Below, piece by piece: positions 1 through 10,805 of a DNA stretch of 64,000 bases. The stretch covers positions 558,001 to 622,000 of the forward strand of contig CM102286.1 in the NCBI GenBank assembly GCA_046563655.1. Reading direction: 5' to 3'. This stretch comes from Yuukianura sp. NJ FZ-2021 (lineage: Eukaryota). Numbering within the stretch: position 1 is the first letter of the stretch; every line of letters begins with the position of its first letter. The translations under genes were made by a program, and so were the position numbers. Below the pieces are notes generated by a model. It searched no databases. It saw nothing but the letters and a program-made list of their open reading frames with translations, and was not told where the DNA came from.

Positions 1-2593
1 AAAAAAGTTGTGTCTTTCCAGTGTTAGTGGAATTTTAGCCGATTGTTCCAATATACTTGATAACATAAAGAGGTATGACGAAAAGTGAGTTGCTGCAATT
101 CCAACAGTGTTGGTGGATATACACTTTTTCAACATATCGTCCACGGCTGGATATCCAGTGGAAGAAATGGATGAAACCAAAGGGACGGAGGCTTGCCGGC
201 GGAGTTTAAGTAAATTGAATTAAAAACACCGGAAAAACTCAAATAACTTTAAATAAATTTCAAAAAGAAAGGCAGTATTATTTTTTCAGTTTTTTTTATA
301 ACAAAACGATGCAAAGTGCGTTTTGAAAACATTTTGTAATTTCAAATTTGAATGTTTTCAATTTCTCACAAAATTTTTAATTTCTTCCGTCTGCTGAAAG
401 TTTCGTCGAGTAGGGACAGGGACACATTTGTTCCTTCCCGTGGATATCGACTGGCATGTTTAAGTATCCACCAACACTGTATTCGCATTAGCCGAGTGGT
501 AATGTCTCCAAGAATCGCCAAGCCACAAATTTGAATAGAAATTGCAGTCCAAAGTTTAGGTTGAAATGGTGTAATGTAGTATTCAAAGGACAGGAAAGGT
601 TTTGAATAGCATGTTAAGAATATGTACTCATCTTGTTCTACTGGGACAACCGTTGTATCCGGAGTGATGTGAAATATGCAGGGATGAGTTGCAGAGAAAG
701 TAGGGTAAATTCCAGCTGGATTTTCAGTGAAAAGATTCAGTTCTGCGACATACGTTGGGTTGAACCTTGCTTCCTTGAGGATGACTCCGTAGTGTTTAAA
801 CGAAACAGGTTTTGTAGTTGCATTCCCTTTGGCTAGCAGCAGGTTCAAGATGAAGTGTTGGAATACCTGGTGACCCCACGCCCACATTTTGGCTGGATTA
901 GCAGTTTTTTGCACTATGTTGGCATTCCATTGGTATTCAACTTCTTTCACCTCTTGATGCCTCGTTCGCATCCATACCTTTCCGGAATTCTCAACAGAGA
1001 ATAGGCTCTGAAAGCTGAAGTCATTGAAAAGCGCTGAAGGCTCAACCTGTAAACGAACAATTAGTATGTACCTCGCAATTATTTTTCTCTTTTGATACCA
1101 TTATTGTCCTCCTATGTCCATCGTAGCTGTCCATCGTCCATCTAACCGCTCTCATTTTACAAACTCACCAAAAATTCTGAAAGGCGGATTTGGAATCAAA
1201 TTACATCACCAAAGGTATCGGCAAGGTAAATAGAATAGTATATTTTCAAACACCATCACATCGTCTAACGTTCTACAGGAGGAATTTGGAAAAAGTGACG
1301 ATTATAGGCTGAGAAATTCACTAAAGTGTAACTTCCTTATTTATGACAAATTCAAATTTTCCAAAATATTGTTTTTCTCAAATACCACCATACCATCTAA
1401 CTTTCTACAGGAGGCATTTGGAAAAAGTCACGATTAGGCTGAGAAATTCACTAAAGTGTAACTTCCTTATTTATGACAAATTGAAATTTTCCAAAATATT
1501 GTTTTTCTCAAATACCACCATACCATCTAACTTTCTACAGGAGGCATTTGGAAAAAGTCACGATTAGGCTGAGAAATTCACTGAGGTGTAACTTCCTTAT
1601 TTATGACAAATTGAAATTTTCCAAAATATTGTTTTTCTCAAATACCACCATACCATCTAACTTTCTACAGGAGGCATTTGGAAAAAGTCACGATTAGGCT
1701 GAGAAATTCACTAAAGTGTAACTTCCTTATTCACGACAAATTCAAATTTTCCAAAATATTTAAAAAAAAAAATAATAATAAATCAAAATCAAAAAAATTA
1801 AATCAAATAAATCGAAAAATTAATCAACAATAAGGAAAACGTTATTAATTCAGGGTTCAAGAGGTTAAGTAACCCAATGCTCTCTTACCTGCCACATCGA
1901 AGGAGGTTCGCATTTCGGGCAAGCTGCAAATCCTGTGGATTTTCTTTCCAAATCTCTGATGTTATTTTTGACATGGAGGTTCCAGTTTTCACTGAATATT
2001 AATACTGCGACGTGCGTAAAGTAGGAATTGTACTTGTAGATAGAACTGCTTTCTGGAAACTCAATAGAACCTGGCTTTGTATATCTTTTCCAAATCTGTA
2101 ACGGAACTGGTACAACGTGCAAAAAGAATGTTTTCTCAAGTACTAAATTAACTACCCTTGGTGACTTGGGGTTATCCGATCCGAAGCGCGCCTTACTCGG
2201 TCCGTTTTTATTACAAATGTGACTAAATTTTAATTTAAAACCTAAAGCGGCACTCTTGAACAAATGATCCGTCAACCAAGACATATCCAATGAGTTCCTT
2301 CTGCCATGTAAAATAATGTTATAAACACAATTAAACCAGCGGGATTGACCTAACGTTGTGTTATACTCTTGTTTTCTAGCTTCACTCACAACAATTGGAT
2401 TGCTAATTGTAATTAGTCCAAATCTGGCTTTCCTTGATGATCTGACTACATGGATGACACATGACGCGTTAATAACGTCAATTACGTATTCTAAATTTTC
2501 AATTTCTTCTACTATTTTCTTCTTTCTACTTTCCGTCAAAGAACCAAAAAGTGCTAGCAAGCCAAAAACTTTAACAATATTTGGCGTTACCAT
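1..2593 (-). CDS. Divergent ionotropic-receptor-like membrane protein, 5' part (runs off the left edge)
   Basis: ATG 2593 (MVTPNIVKVFGLLALFGSLTES, signal-like). Exon 2593-1889 joins in frame to an exon starting at 1046 through a GT-AG intron. It contains FLTCYSKPFLSFEYYITPFQPKLW plus a hydrophobic helix. A further exon below ~200 reads FSSYLFMLSSILEQSAKIP. These motifs resemble the pre-M1/M1/pore region of divergent IR-like proteins (recalled, not searched). Confidence 0.55.
1250..1760. repeat. 130-bp tandem repeat, ~4 copies, intronic
   Basis: AATACCACCATACCATCTAAC recurs at 1381, 1511 and 1641 (period 130). The first copy near 1250 is more diverged. Confidence 0.95.
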
Positions 2594-3452
2594 GGCAATT
2601 GCCAAGTTTAAAAAGAATAGGCGCAATACGCTTCTCTTTGACACCGGGCTATTGGTAGTTCATGAATTAAGTTGAGAATAGCAGTGGGCAAATACTTTGT
2701 AGCACTTTTAGAACTATGCTTATTGCACATACAAATACTATTTAAGTTTAGACTATTAGAAAAAGTAGATTAAATGTTAAAGTGCCAAGCACTTGATCTG
2801 ACACGCAACCTCTAGGAATTTAACATTTTAGCCAATGTCATGTAATTAAAAAAAAGAAATTAATCAGAACTATGAATTTTAGAATGCCCGACTTGAAAGG
2901 AAATCGAGAAGATCTTTTCGTGATACATGCGAGGAGCATGTAAACAAAATGAAATGAATGAAGTTTATGCTCTTAGTGTATGATCGTTGTTGAACTCCCT
3001 AAAAAAATTAACATTTTCAAAAAATGTTTTTCTGTTTTCCAGATTTTACCGAAAACTATTCTGTATTTTTTGAAAACCTAACCACAAAAACAAATTGCTT
3101 CTGGTGAAACAAATTTTTTGATGCAACGTGATTTTGAGCATTTGGAAAGCCGCTTCCTATTTAGAATTAAGTCAAGTGTAAACTGGCTTTAGCAAATTTG
3201 AACCACTTAAAAGTAGTTTAAATTCTGAAGTTAATTTGTGGACGCTTGACATCCCAAACTACAAATTAACTTTAACTGATGTTGGTTACTATGAATTAGT
3301 AGTATTAATTGCTCAATTAAAAAAATTAGGCTAACTTTATGCCTTATAAAGGCAATGTCTCGTTCGATTCCAGCTAAATTTCGAACCAAAATTTGAAATA
3401 TAATCGGAACATTTTGGTTGATAACAAAAATTTCAACTGAAAATTTTCCGAA

Positions 3453-4713
3453 ATGCGCTGGTCAACTTTTCTTTTCTGCCAGTTCGTTGGTAGTTGTCTG
3501 TCTTTGTCGCCACCAGTCAGGTACTAAATACGAAAAATTTGGAATTTGGTTTTTAAAACTTACGATTAGTACTTTTAGGCTATGGTTAGGTGAAAAAAAT
3601 TAGTAATTTTAGTTTGTATTAGATTTTAGTAAACAAAAATGTTTGTTTTGTTTTGTTTTTTTTTTTTTGCAGTGTTTCTACAAATTGTAACAACCTGCAC
3701 CCAGCTCTGTTGAGACAAGCTTATGGAGCAAACTTGGTTGACTACAGCAAAGATCTGCCGAATACAAAACCGAACCAACGTAGCTTGTACCCACTGTTTC
3801 AATTTACATGCAACCAAAGAAAAAACTTCACACTTCCGTTCCAGGACAACGTCAAAATCCAAGTCCCCGATCAACTAATCCTCATGACCTTACCAACTGG
3901 AAGCTACTTGTCCACTTCAAAATGCTACACAAATTTCGAACTTTTGAAAACCGCCGTTTTTAGCAACATCCACGATTGGGAAAAATCTCCGCTTGGTTCG
4001 TTTAGTTCAACTGACGGAACAACCGAATTCACGATTCCACCTCACAAGAAATGTCTTATCCGAATTTCGAACAGAAGGTAGGAAATTTTTCTGATTTTTT
4101 GAAATCGTGGAATCTAGAAGAAAAAAAAACTGGAAATTTTGGTTTCGATGTCTAAAGGTACGAATTTGAAGCAAGACCTTCGAGTGTCTACGACCTCTCA
4201 GAAACCTCTTCGCCTTTGCTCGACAGCGACTTCGAGAGAGCTTTCAACGCTTTACCGGAGTCCCTGGGTTCGAACCAAGCTGTCTTTGATCAATTTTTTG
4301 AAAAGTATGGAACAGGGTACTACGCCAAGGGGTTTTACGGTAATGCCATTGACGTCTGGGTGCTGACAGAGAGATACGTAGAAGGCGGTGTGTCCACGGT
4401 CAAATCTGCTTTGGCAAGCTACAACCCTAACAGCGCTTACACAAATGTTGGCGGGTGGATCAAACTTAAAATTGACGCATCGAATCCCGGGAGTGCGGTG
4501 GATTCGACTGTAATTGTGAGATCGTCCAGTTCTGGACGGTGGTCTGAAACGGGAAAAGACATGTTTTCAGGTGATTTGGTCAACTTTGACCGCAGAAGCA
4601 TTTTGCCTCAAGGTCAAAGGTTAGACACTTTGGAAGAAGCAAAGGCAGTGTACTTGACGAACAAGAGATTCGAGAAGGACTGGAGGGGTGACTGGAATTT
4701 TAAGCGGGAGTGA
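3453..4713 (+). CDS. Secreted MACPF-domain-like protein (~342 aa), no C-terminal accessory domain
   Basis: Exons 3453-3520, 3673-4077 and 4158-4713 join in frame (GT-AG). N-terminus MRWSTFLFCQFVGSCLS is signal-like. The core LDSDFERAFNALPE...FDQFFEKYGTGYYAKGFYG resembles the MACPF F..al..LP...FF..YGTHY.....GG signature in degenerate form. The PLFQFTC...VPDQL segment resembles the MPEG1/perforin-like N-terminal region. Confidence 0.7.
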
Positions 4714-4914
4714 CATCGCTGATTCAAAAATTGTAAATTTTTGAAACCACAGAAATATTTTTCCCAAAAATTAAAATTCTATAACTTCTATAAATTTTAC
4801 TATTAATTTATGATGTCAATTCTTCTGTCAATTTTTTTTAAATGTAAAATTTCCTTGGTCCATTTGTGATTCTAAAGAGTTCTGCGCCGCGTGAATCTTC
4901 CGGCAGATTTTTAT

Positions 4915-6291
4915 TTAACTTTTAGTAGAACAGTTTTGGTTTCCGGATGTCACAGGAATGCGAATAACAATTTCTTGAACAATTGACATTGGCTCAACCA
5001 TGACGACTCTGGAAGGTGCTAACGCATGCCCAAATGGGTTAAATGGCGGTTGAGGTCTTGTACGTTCAAACAATCCTTCTTTGTATGCCTGTAGAATGAC
5101 TTTATGTGCAAGAGCATACTGTTCCGGTTTCTCCACCAATGAAATTCGTTGAGTCCTGATCGAAGCCAGACGCCTGAGGAAGTCAACCGTATCGGAATTT
5201 AGTGCCCTGTCGTACATTGCATCCGTCAGCACAAAAGTTCCGGTTCGACCGACACCGGCAGAGCAGTGCACAATAACCGGCCATGATTTAGTGTAAGTAT
5301 CGGAACTCCGGTAGAGCCGAATGAGGCTGAGCAGCAGTTGTGGGTCGCTGGGTACTCCCATGTCTGGCCATGCCAAGAAATGATGGTGAACAAATACGCG
5401 TTGCGCATAACCCTGAAAATTAAAAAAGAAGTTCAACTCCAAACATGTCAAACTCAAAATTTCATATTTGAAAAATTCAACCCGTCTCAGAGTATAAATC
5501 CGAACGACGACATTCGGAAACTCGTTTTTGCGTTGAAGTGTGATGTGTATGTCGCCGTAAGTTGCGTTCACGTCCGGGAAGTATCGAGCACATTTATTCT
5601 AAGTTCAAAAAGTAAAAAAAAAAATAGAAAAAAATTTAATTACTTTTTTTCATGAAGAAATCGTTTTTACCTTTTCGATGTCGTGTTCATTTGCAAGCAT
5701 AACAACTTCATGAACATTGTAGTGCCACACCTACCAAAAAAAATGCCAAAATTTTAGAAATTGAATACTTTATTAATTTTGTTTTTAATTCGTTACCATT
5801 CGGTAAAAATCGGAGATTGTGGATGGCAGAGGACACTGCGTGGCAATGTACCTTCTGCGTTCCGAGGCACTGTTGACCCAGTTGGCGTTAATGAAATCCG
5901 AAAAGTTGTCATCGCGTAGGCGTGGTAGTATGACCCGGGTATCATCGTAGGTCAATAGGTTATCTTCTGGAGGCGGGTATCGATGTTTGACTAAATTTTG
6001 AGGCAGCAACGCATGCGTCCAGTTACGGAGTTGCGTCTGTGGCGGCCCCAAACGATCAAACTCAGCCTTCCAGCCATTTTTGGCGTCCATGTCCTTCACA
6101 TATTCTTCTAACCTGTCCAGTTTCAGTGGAAGAGTCGAATGTATTGGTGCTGATTCTGGTGCTGTTGCTGATTCTGGTGCATGTTCTGGTGCTGGTGCTG
6201 ATTCTGGTGCTGGTGCTGTTTCTGGTTCGGCAGCATAAGTATTGCAGCAAGATATCGTTAGAAAAATCCCCAAAGCCAAAATTGGCACCAT
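4915..6291 (-). CDS. Classical protein tyrosine phosphatase domain preceded by a signal peptide and PESAPA-type repeats, no TM helix
   Basis: Exons 6291-5797, 5730-5671, 5598-5482 and 5412-4915 are in frame. Motifs KHRY, DFINANWV, YIATQCP, DFYRMVW, WPDMGVP, VHCSAGVGRTG and EQY are present. Confidence 0.9.
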
Positions 6292-7176
6292 CTTTCCTAT
6301 AGTTCTACTTGAAGAAAAATGGTTCAGTGCTTCATAATTTTTTTAATTGAAGTTGTTTCGTTAACTTAACCTTAATTAACGACTAACAATTAACAAATCC
6401 TAAACGATTGTTCTTTGTGCTTGCTAATTGATTAGTTTTATTTTATGCAGAAAACCAACTGGAGGTCAAATCGGCAAGGTCAACAAACTTAACAGAATGG
6501 AGAGACATAATTTCAGGTTCAATTTTACTGATTGCCAGAGTTCCTGTACTTTTCAAAACTATTTTTGAAAACGGTTTTTCAAAAATTTGAAACTAAAATG
6601 CGTGATTTTAAATATATAGTAAAAATTAAGTTACTGTTTTAACTATAAACTCCTCCAATTTACGGTTGAGACGGCTAGTTTCAAAATTAAACAATTACGC
6701 GGGAAAACTTTATTTTCAAACTTCAATTTCAATAAATTGCAAATGGTTGGAGTAAGGCAATCGTCTCTTATGTACTTTTTCATCCACAACTTCAAATACA
6801 CAAACGTTAGTAATGTGTAGCGTTACGTCACACTAACAAACCTAACATTGGCCAAATGCAGGGGTCAACAATAAACTAGTTTAAACATGTAACGGCTTAA
6901 ATTATGAAACAACGTAACATGTAAATCATGTGTTACTTGTGATATTGGTGGATACATTATGACCTAAACATGATCGTGTCAACCGAAGAATTTGAGAAGA
7001 AACAAAGTTGCGTGTGACGGTCCGGTTCTTTACTAATCTTATTCGCTGGTCGTGTTTGGAAAATTGCTAATATTTGGTAACTTTAATCGTGATTCGACGT
7101 TAAAACGTTAATTAGCACGACTGCGATCGTGTTACAACGACTGGCAGCAAGGGACGACAAGGATTTGGGATTCGAC

Positions 7177-8891
7177 ATGTCTTCGATGCATGAGCAGGAC
7201 ATTGAACTTGGAACAGATGAAGTCGAGATCAAAGAATCTACTCTACGCCTTAAAAATTCATTGAAAATTAGGTACGCTCCTAATAAGATGGTGTTCGATG
7301 ATTATTTGTGATTGTCGTTTCTAATTAATTGACATTGTCATTTGCTTACAGTGAACTGAGTAAAGGGACTGGATTTACTTTTGAAGTGGAACCGGATGAG
7401 GAGGCAGACATACCGGATTTGGAAGTGCTGGAGACCGGTGAGGCTCCAGGACAACACTACATGAAGACTTACATTCAAGAAGATAATACCAAATCACAAG
7501 CTCTGGTCAACGCAATCACTCCGGACGAAAGAGTTGGAGATTTCCAAGATGTCATACCGCAAATGTCAAACTTAACATCTGATGGCAAAATCAAGAAAGT
7601 GGTACGTTTTTAATAAAATATACTCAAATCTTTTACGTTTTTTTTTTGTGAGATGAATTGTTAAGTACTTAATGTTCATGTTTTATCAGATTGTTCGACC
7701 AGGTACATCGAAGGAACTTGTCCACGCCGATGGGAAGGTCATGTATCACTACGAAGTCTATGCTGAGGGCAAGGAAGGTCCAATTGATTCGTCACTAGTT
7801 CGAAGATTTCCTAACACTTTGGTTTTGGCCACCGGAGGTTGTATTCATGGGCTTTTTATTGGACTCCAGTCAATGCGAGTTGGAGAAATTGCCAAGTTTT
7901 GGTTTCACTTTGACTACGCTTACAAAGCAATGGGCATACCACCACGGATTCCACCAAGTAATTGACTTACAGATTAATTGGATTATCTTTATGAATTAAT
8001 CTCACTTTTGAATCTTCATTTGTCAGGAGCCAACGTTCTGTGCATCGTTGAAGTACTGTCGACTGTCCAGAATGAGGCTCGCCAAGATATCTTTCAAATG
8101 ACTGCCGATGATCGACGAGATCTTCCTTTTGAAATCATCTTAGCAACGGCCAAGGACTTGAAAGAGGGTGGAAATGTTCGCTACGAGAAAAAGGACTATC
8201 AGGCAGCCATTGCACGGTAATTCAAATCATATTAATTTCTTTAATTACAAACTAATTTAACTAATTTGAATTTTGATGTAGTTACCGCAAAGGCATTGAA
8301 TTACTGGACAATTACCCAGTGGCTCTCATGACTCAAGAGGAACTTCGATCTGACTTACTCGGAGCTCTGTACAGCAACCTAGCTCAAGCGTATCTCAAAG
8401 TCAAAGATGGAGCGAAAGCTTGCACTGCCGCCAAATGCGGGTTACGAATTCCCAAGTACAGACTCAAATACAAACTTTTCTTCAAGTAAGTTCATTTCAG
8501 TTTAAGTTCTTATTCGTATTAATATAATTGAATTTATATAATATTTAAAACTTAGATTCGCCAAGGGAAAAGGCCTGCTGAAAGAATATGATGATTCGGT
8601 CGATCTCTGCCGCAAGGCACTTGGTTGTCTCACGGCAGAGCAAAAAGAAGAAAAGACCGAAATTCTAGCCTACATGGAAGAGGTGACTCAATCTGTTGAG
8701 TTTTGCTTGTAAACGTCACGAGGTCAAAGGTCACTAATATCTAATATGTCTTGTTTAACTCTTAGATGAAGCAGCGTAGTAAGATTCAGGAGGAGGGATT
8801 GCGTGGGATGTATGAAAAGATGCTGAACAACGACAAGGACAAGGAAGAAGAAGAAGGAAGTCGCTCGTCAGAAGGAGACGAAGAGAACTGA
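7177..8891 (+). CDS. shu: FKBP6/Shutdown-like co-chaperone (FKBP domain + TPR), piRNA pathway
   Basis: Seven exons in frame: 7177-7271, 7352-7601, 7690-7957, 8027-8216, 8282-8485, 8556-8682, 8766-8891. FKBP motifs GLQSMRVGEIAKF and YAYKAMGIPPRIPP; TPR motifs KEGGNVRY..KDYQAAIARY and LYSNLAQAYLK. The N-terminal LKNSLKISEL..GTGFTFEV is typical of FKBP6/Shu. Confidence 0.85.
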
Positions 8892-9036
8892 CCTGACCGT
8901 GTCAGATCCAGTCCAGTGCCCGAGCCAACGAATTTCATACGTTTATTTTTTCTAATTTAGAAAAATTGTTGTAAGCGACTAATAATTAATTACAGACTAT
9001 TCGTTCTGGTGCCTCAAATTGTCGATTTTCGTACGT

Positions 9037-9348
9037 TTATTGTCCTCCAATCACGTGGAAACTTCTTAGCTCGTCTTCCATGGTCTCGTCATCTGGATCT
9101 ACCGTAAGTTCCACAAATCCCGCCGGGATGATTTTGTAGTTGGGGTCAAAGGGCAACGAAAACTCTTCTTCCGACGACTGTGGCGTGGATGGTCGCTGGT
9201 CGCCTTCGGTCGGAATTATTTCGTTCTCCAATGAATTGTATGTCGCCAGGTCTTGCAATGGCGACTGGTCACGCACACTTCGCCGCCAACCATTGACTAT
9301 CACCAGCGACACGAAACAGACTACCAAGGTGAGTCCAAACTTCGTCAT
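9037..9348 (-). CDS. Small secreted acidic precursor (103 aa), unknown function
   Basis: Single-exon ORF with a signal peptide (MTKFGLTLVVCFVSLVIVNG), an RRSVR basic site, an acidic body and a C-terminal RSFHVIGGQ. Confidence 0.65.
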   Translation of the reverse strand: MTKFGLTLVVCFVSLVIVNGWRRSVRDQSPLQDLATYNSLENEIIPTEGDQRPSTPQSSEEEFSLPFDPNYKIIPAGFVELTVDPDDETMEDELRSFHVIGGQ

Positions 9349-9684
9349 TCTGAATTGAAAAACTTTACAAAATTGAAGTTTGACAAACTTTTCTAAGTGA
9401 AATTCTAAAAACTAGGTGAAGTGTATTGTCAAGTGACAAAGTTGTTGTGAAAACTTTAACCACAAGGACGAGTATGTGCATGAGTCTAAAACGTCATAAT
9501 AAAAACTCTGATTAACTAAATAGGGACTAATTACTCTTTCGGAAAAATCGACAGTTAATTAGGTTTGTCCCGGAAAAGTTCACAAAATTCAAATGTTAGT
9601 TCAAAATTCTTTTTGGCGGGTTTGTTTTCAACAGGAATGTTAACTTTTGTGTCAATTTATCCTTTTCAAAACGGTTGTCATCAG

Positions 9685-9881
9685 CAGGGTTGCAAAAAAT
9701 ATTTACTAAAAACCAGTGAAATATTTAAATAAATGCAATATTTACTGAAAAAGCGCGAAATATTTACTAGCTTAACATTACGGGCATGGGGAAATAAATA
9801 AATATTTCGTAACAAAAATGCTCGAAATATTGATTTTGTTAACATTACAGGCATGGGAAGTAAATATTTTTTGCAACCCTG
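9685..9881. mobile_element. hAT-type MITE, 197 bp
   Basis: Perfect 23-bp TIR CAGGGTTGCAAAAAATATTTACT. 8-bp TSD GTCATCAG at 9677-9684 and 9882-9889. Internal AATATTTAC subrepeats. Confidence 0.92.
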
Positions 9882-10683
9882 GTCATCAGTGGCGGCGACA
9901 TTTGATTTATTACGTTCCGGAACATGGAGTTCCCGAGTCTGGGACACTGTAAGCGCCTGTGTTACCGTAGTAATCCGAGTAGGAGGAAGCGACTAATGGA
10001 ATGTGATGACTAAAGTCATGTGACTTACACCCGGGTGTAAATCGTGAAAACCGATACCGGTACAGATATTTTCATACCGGAAACCGATACCGACCCATAT
10101 CCATTGTCACGAACATTTATCTGTCAGCATGACCTTGACCTTTGACCAAATGTTTGTTCAACATTTTCACTTTTCCACGTGTAACACATACAAATTCGTT
10201 TTTTTAAACATTGATGGTGTTTGCTGAAGTGGCGGCAAAATTTGAATAAATTTGTAAAGTAAGTGGGTGGCCTCCTAATGGCGTACCAATTCAAGTCCAC
10301 TAAAATCTTGTTTTTTGGACTTCTTTTCAAAAAGTTAAAACAAAAATCATGTTTGAACTGCTCAAACCAATTGATGTCAAAAAACACAATCATTCACTTG
10401 CAACTATTGAACAATGTACTATGCTCATTAAACATTCAATTCATGTTCACTTTCAAATTAAACTTTACAATGTCCGCAGGGCCGTGACGAGTATCTGCCT
10501 CTGGAAATTTTTCAAAGCTGGACAGCCATTAATTTAAATTTAAAAAACTACTGCTCATTTTAATTATCATTTTATATTAATATATTATTTAGAATCCATC
10601 AAATTTTAAAAATATTTGATTCATCTGTTCCCTTGCAAGGCAAAATTCAGACATTGCATCACCCCATCACCTTTACATATAAT

Positions 10684-10805
10684 ATGGTCAACAACAATTT
10701 GGTCAAAAAGTGAAAAGGTCATACACAAGAAAACATACTATTATTTTAATAGGTGACAGTTCGCTTTTTGACTTTTTCACTTTTTGATCAAATTGTGTTG
10801 ACCAT
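10684..10805. repeat. Imperfect inverted repeat (~38-bp arms), MITE remnant or hairpin
   Basis: ATGGTCAACAACAATTTGGTCAAAAAGTGAAAAGGTCA pairs with TGACTTTTTCACTTTTTGATCAAATTGTGTTGACCAT (2 mismatches, 1 indel). No clear TSD. Confidence 0.7.

Noticed and set aside
1250..1760. Regular repeats as a possible CRISPR array; ORF 1343-1567
   Set aside because: Whole 130-bp units repeat with no unique spacers. The context is a eukaryotic intron, and the ORF is a by-product of the repeat.
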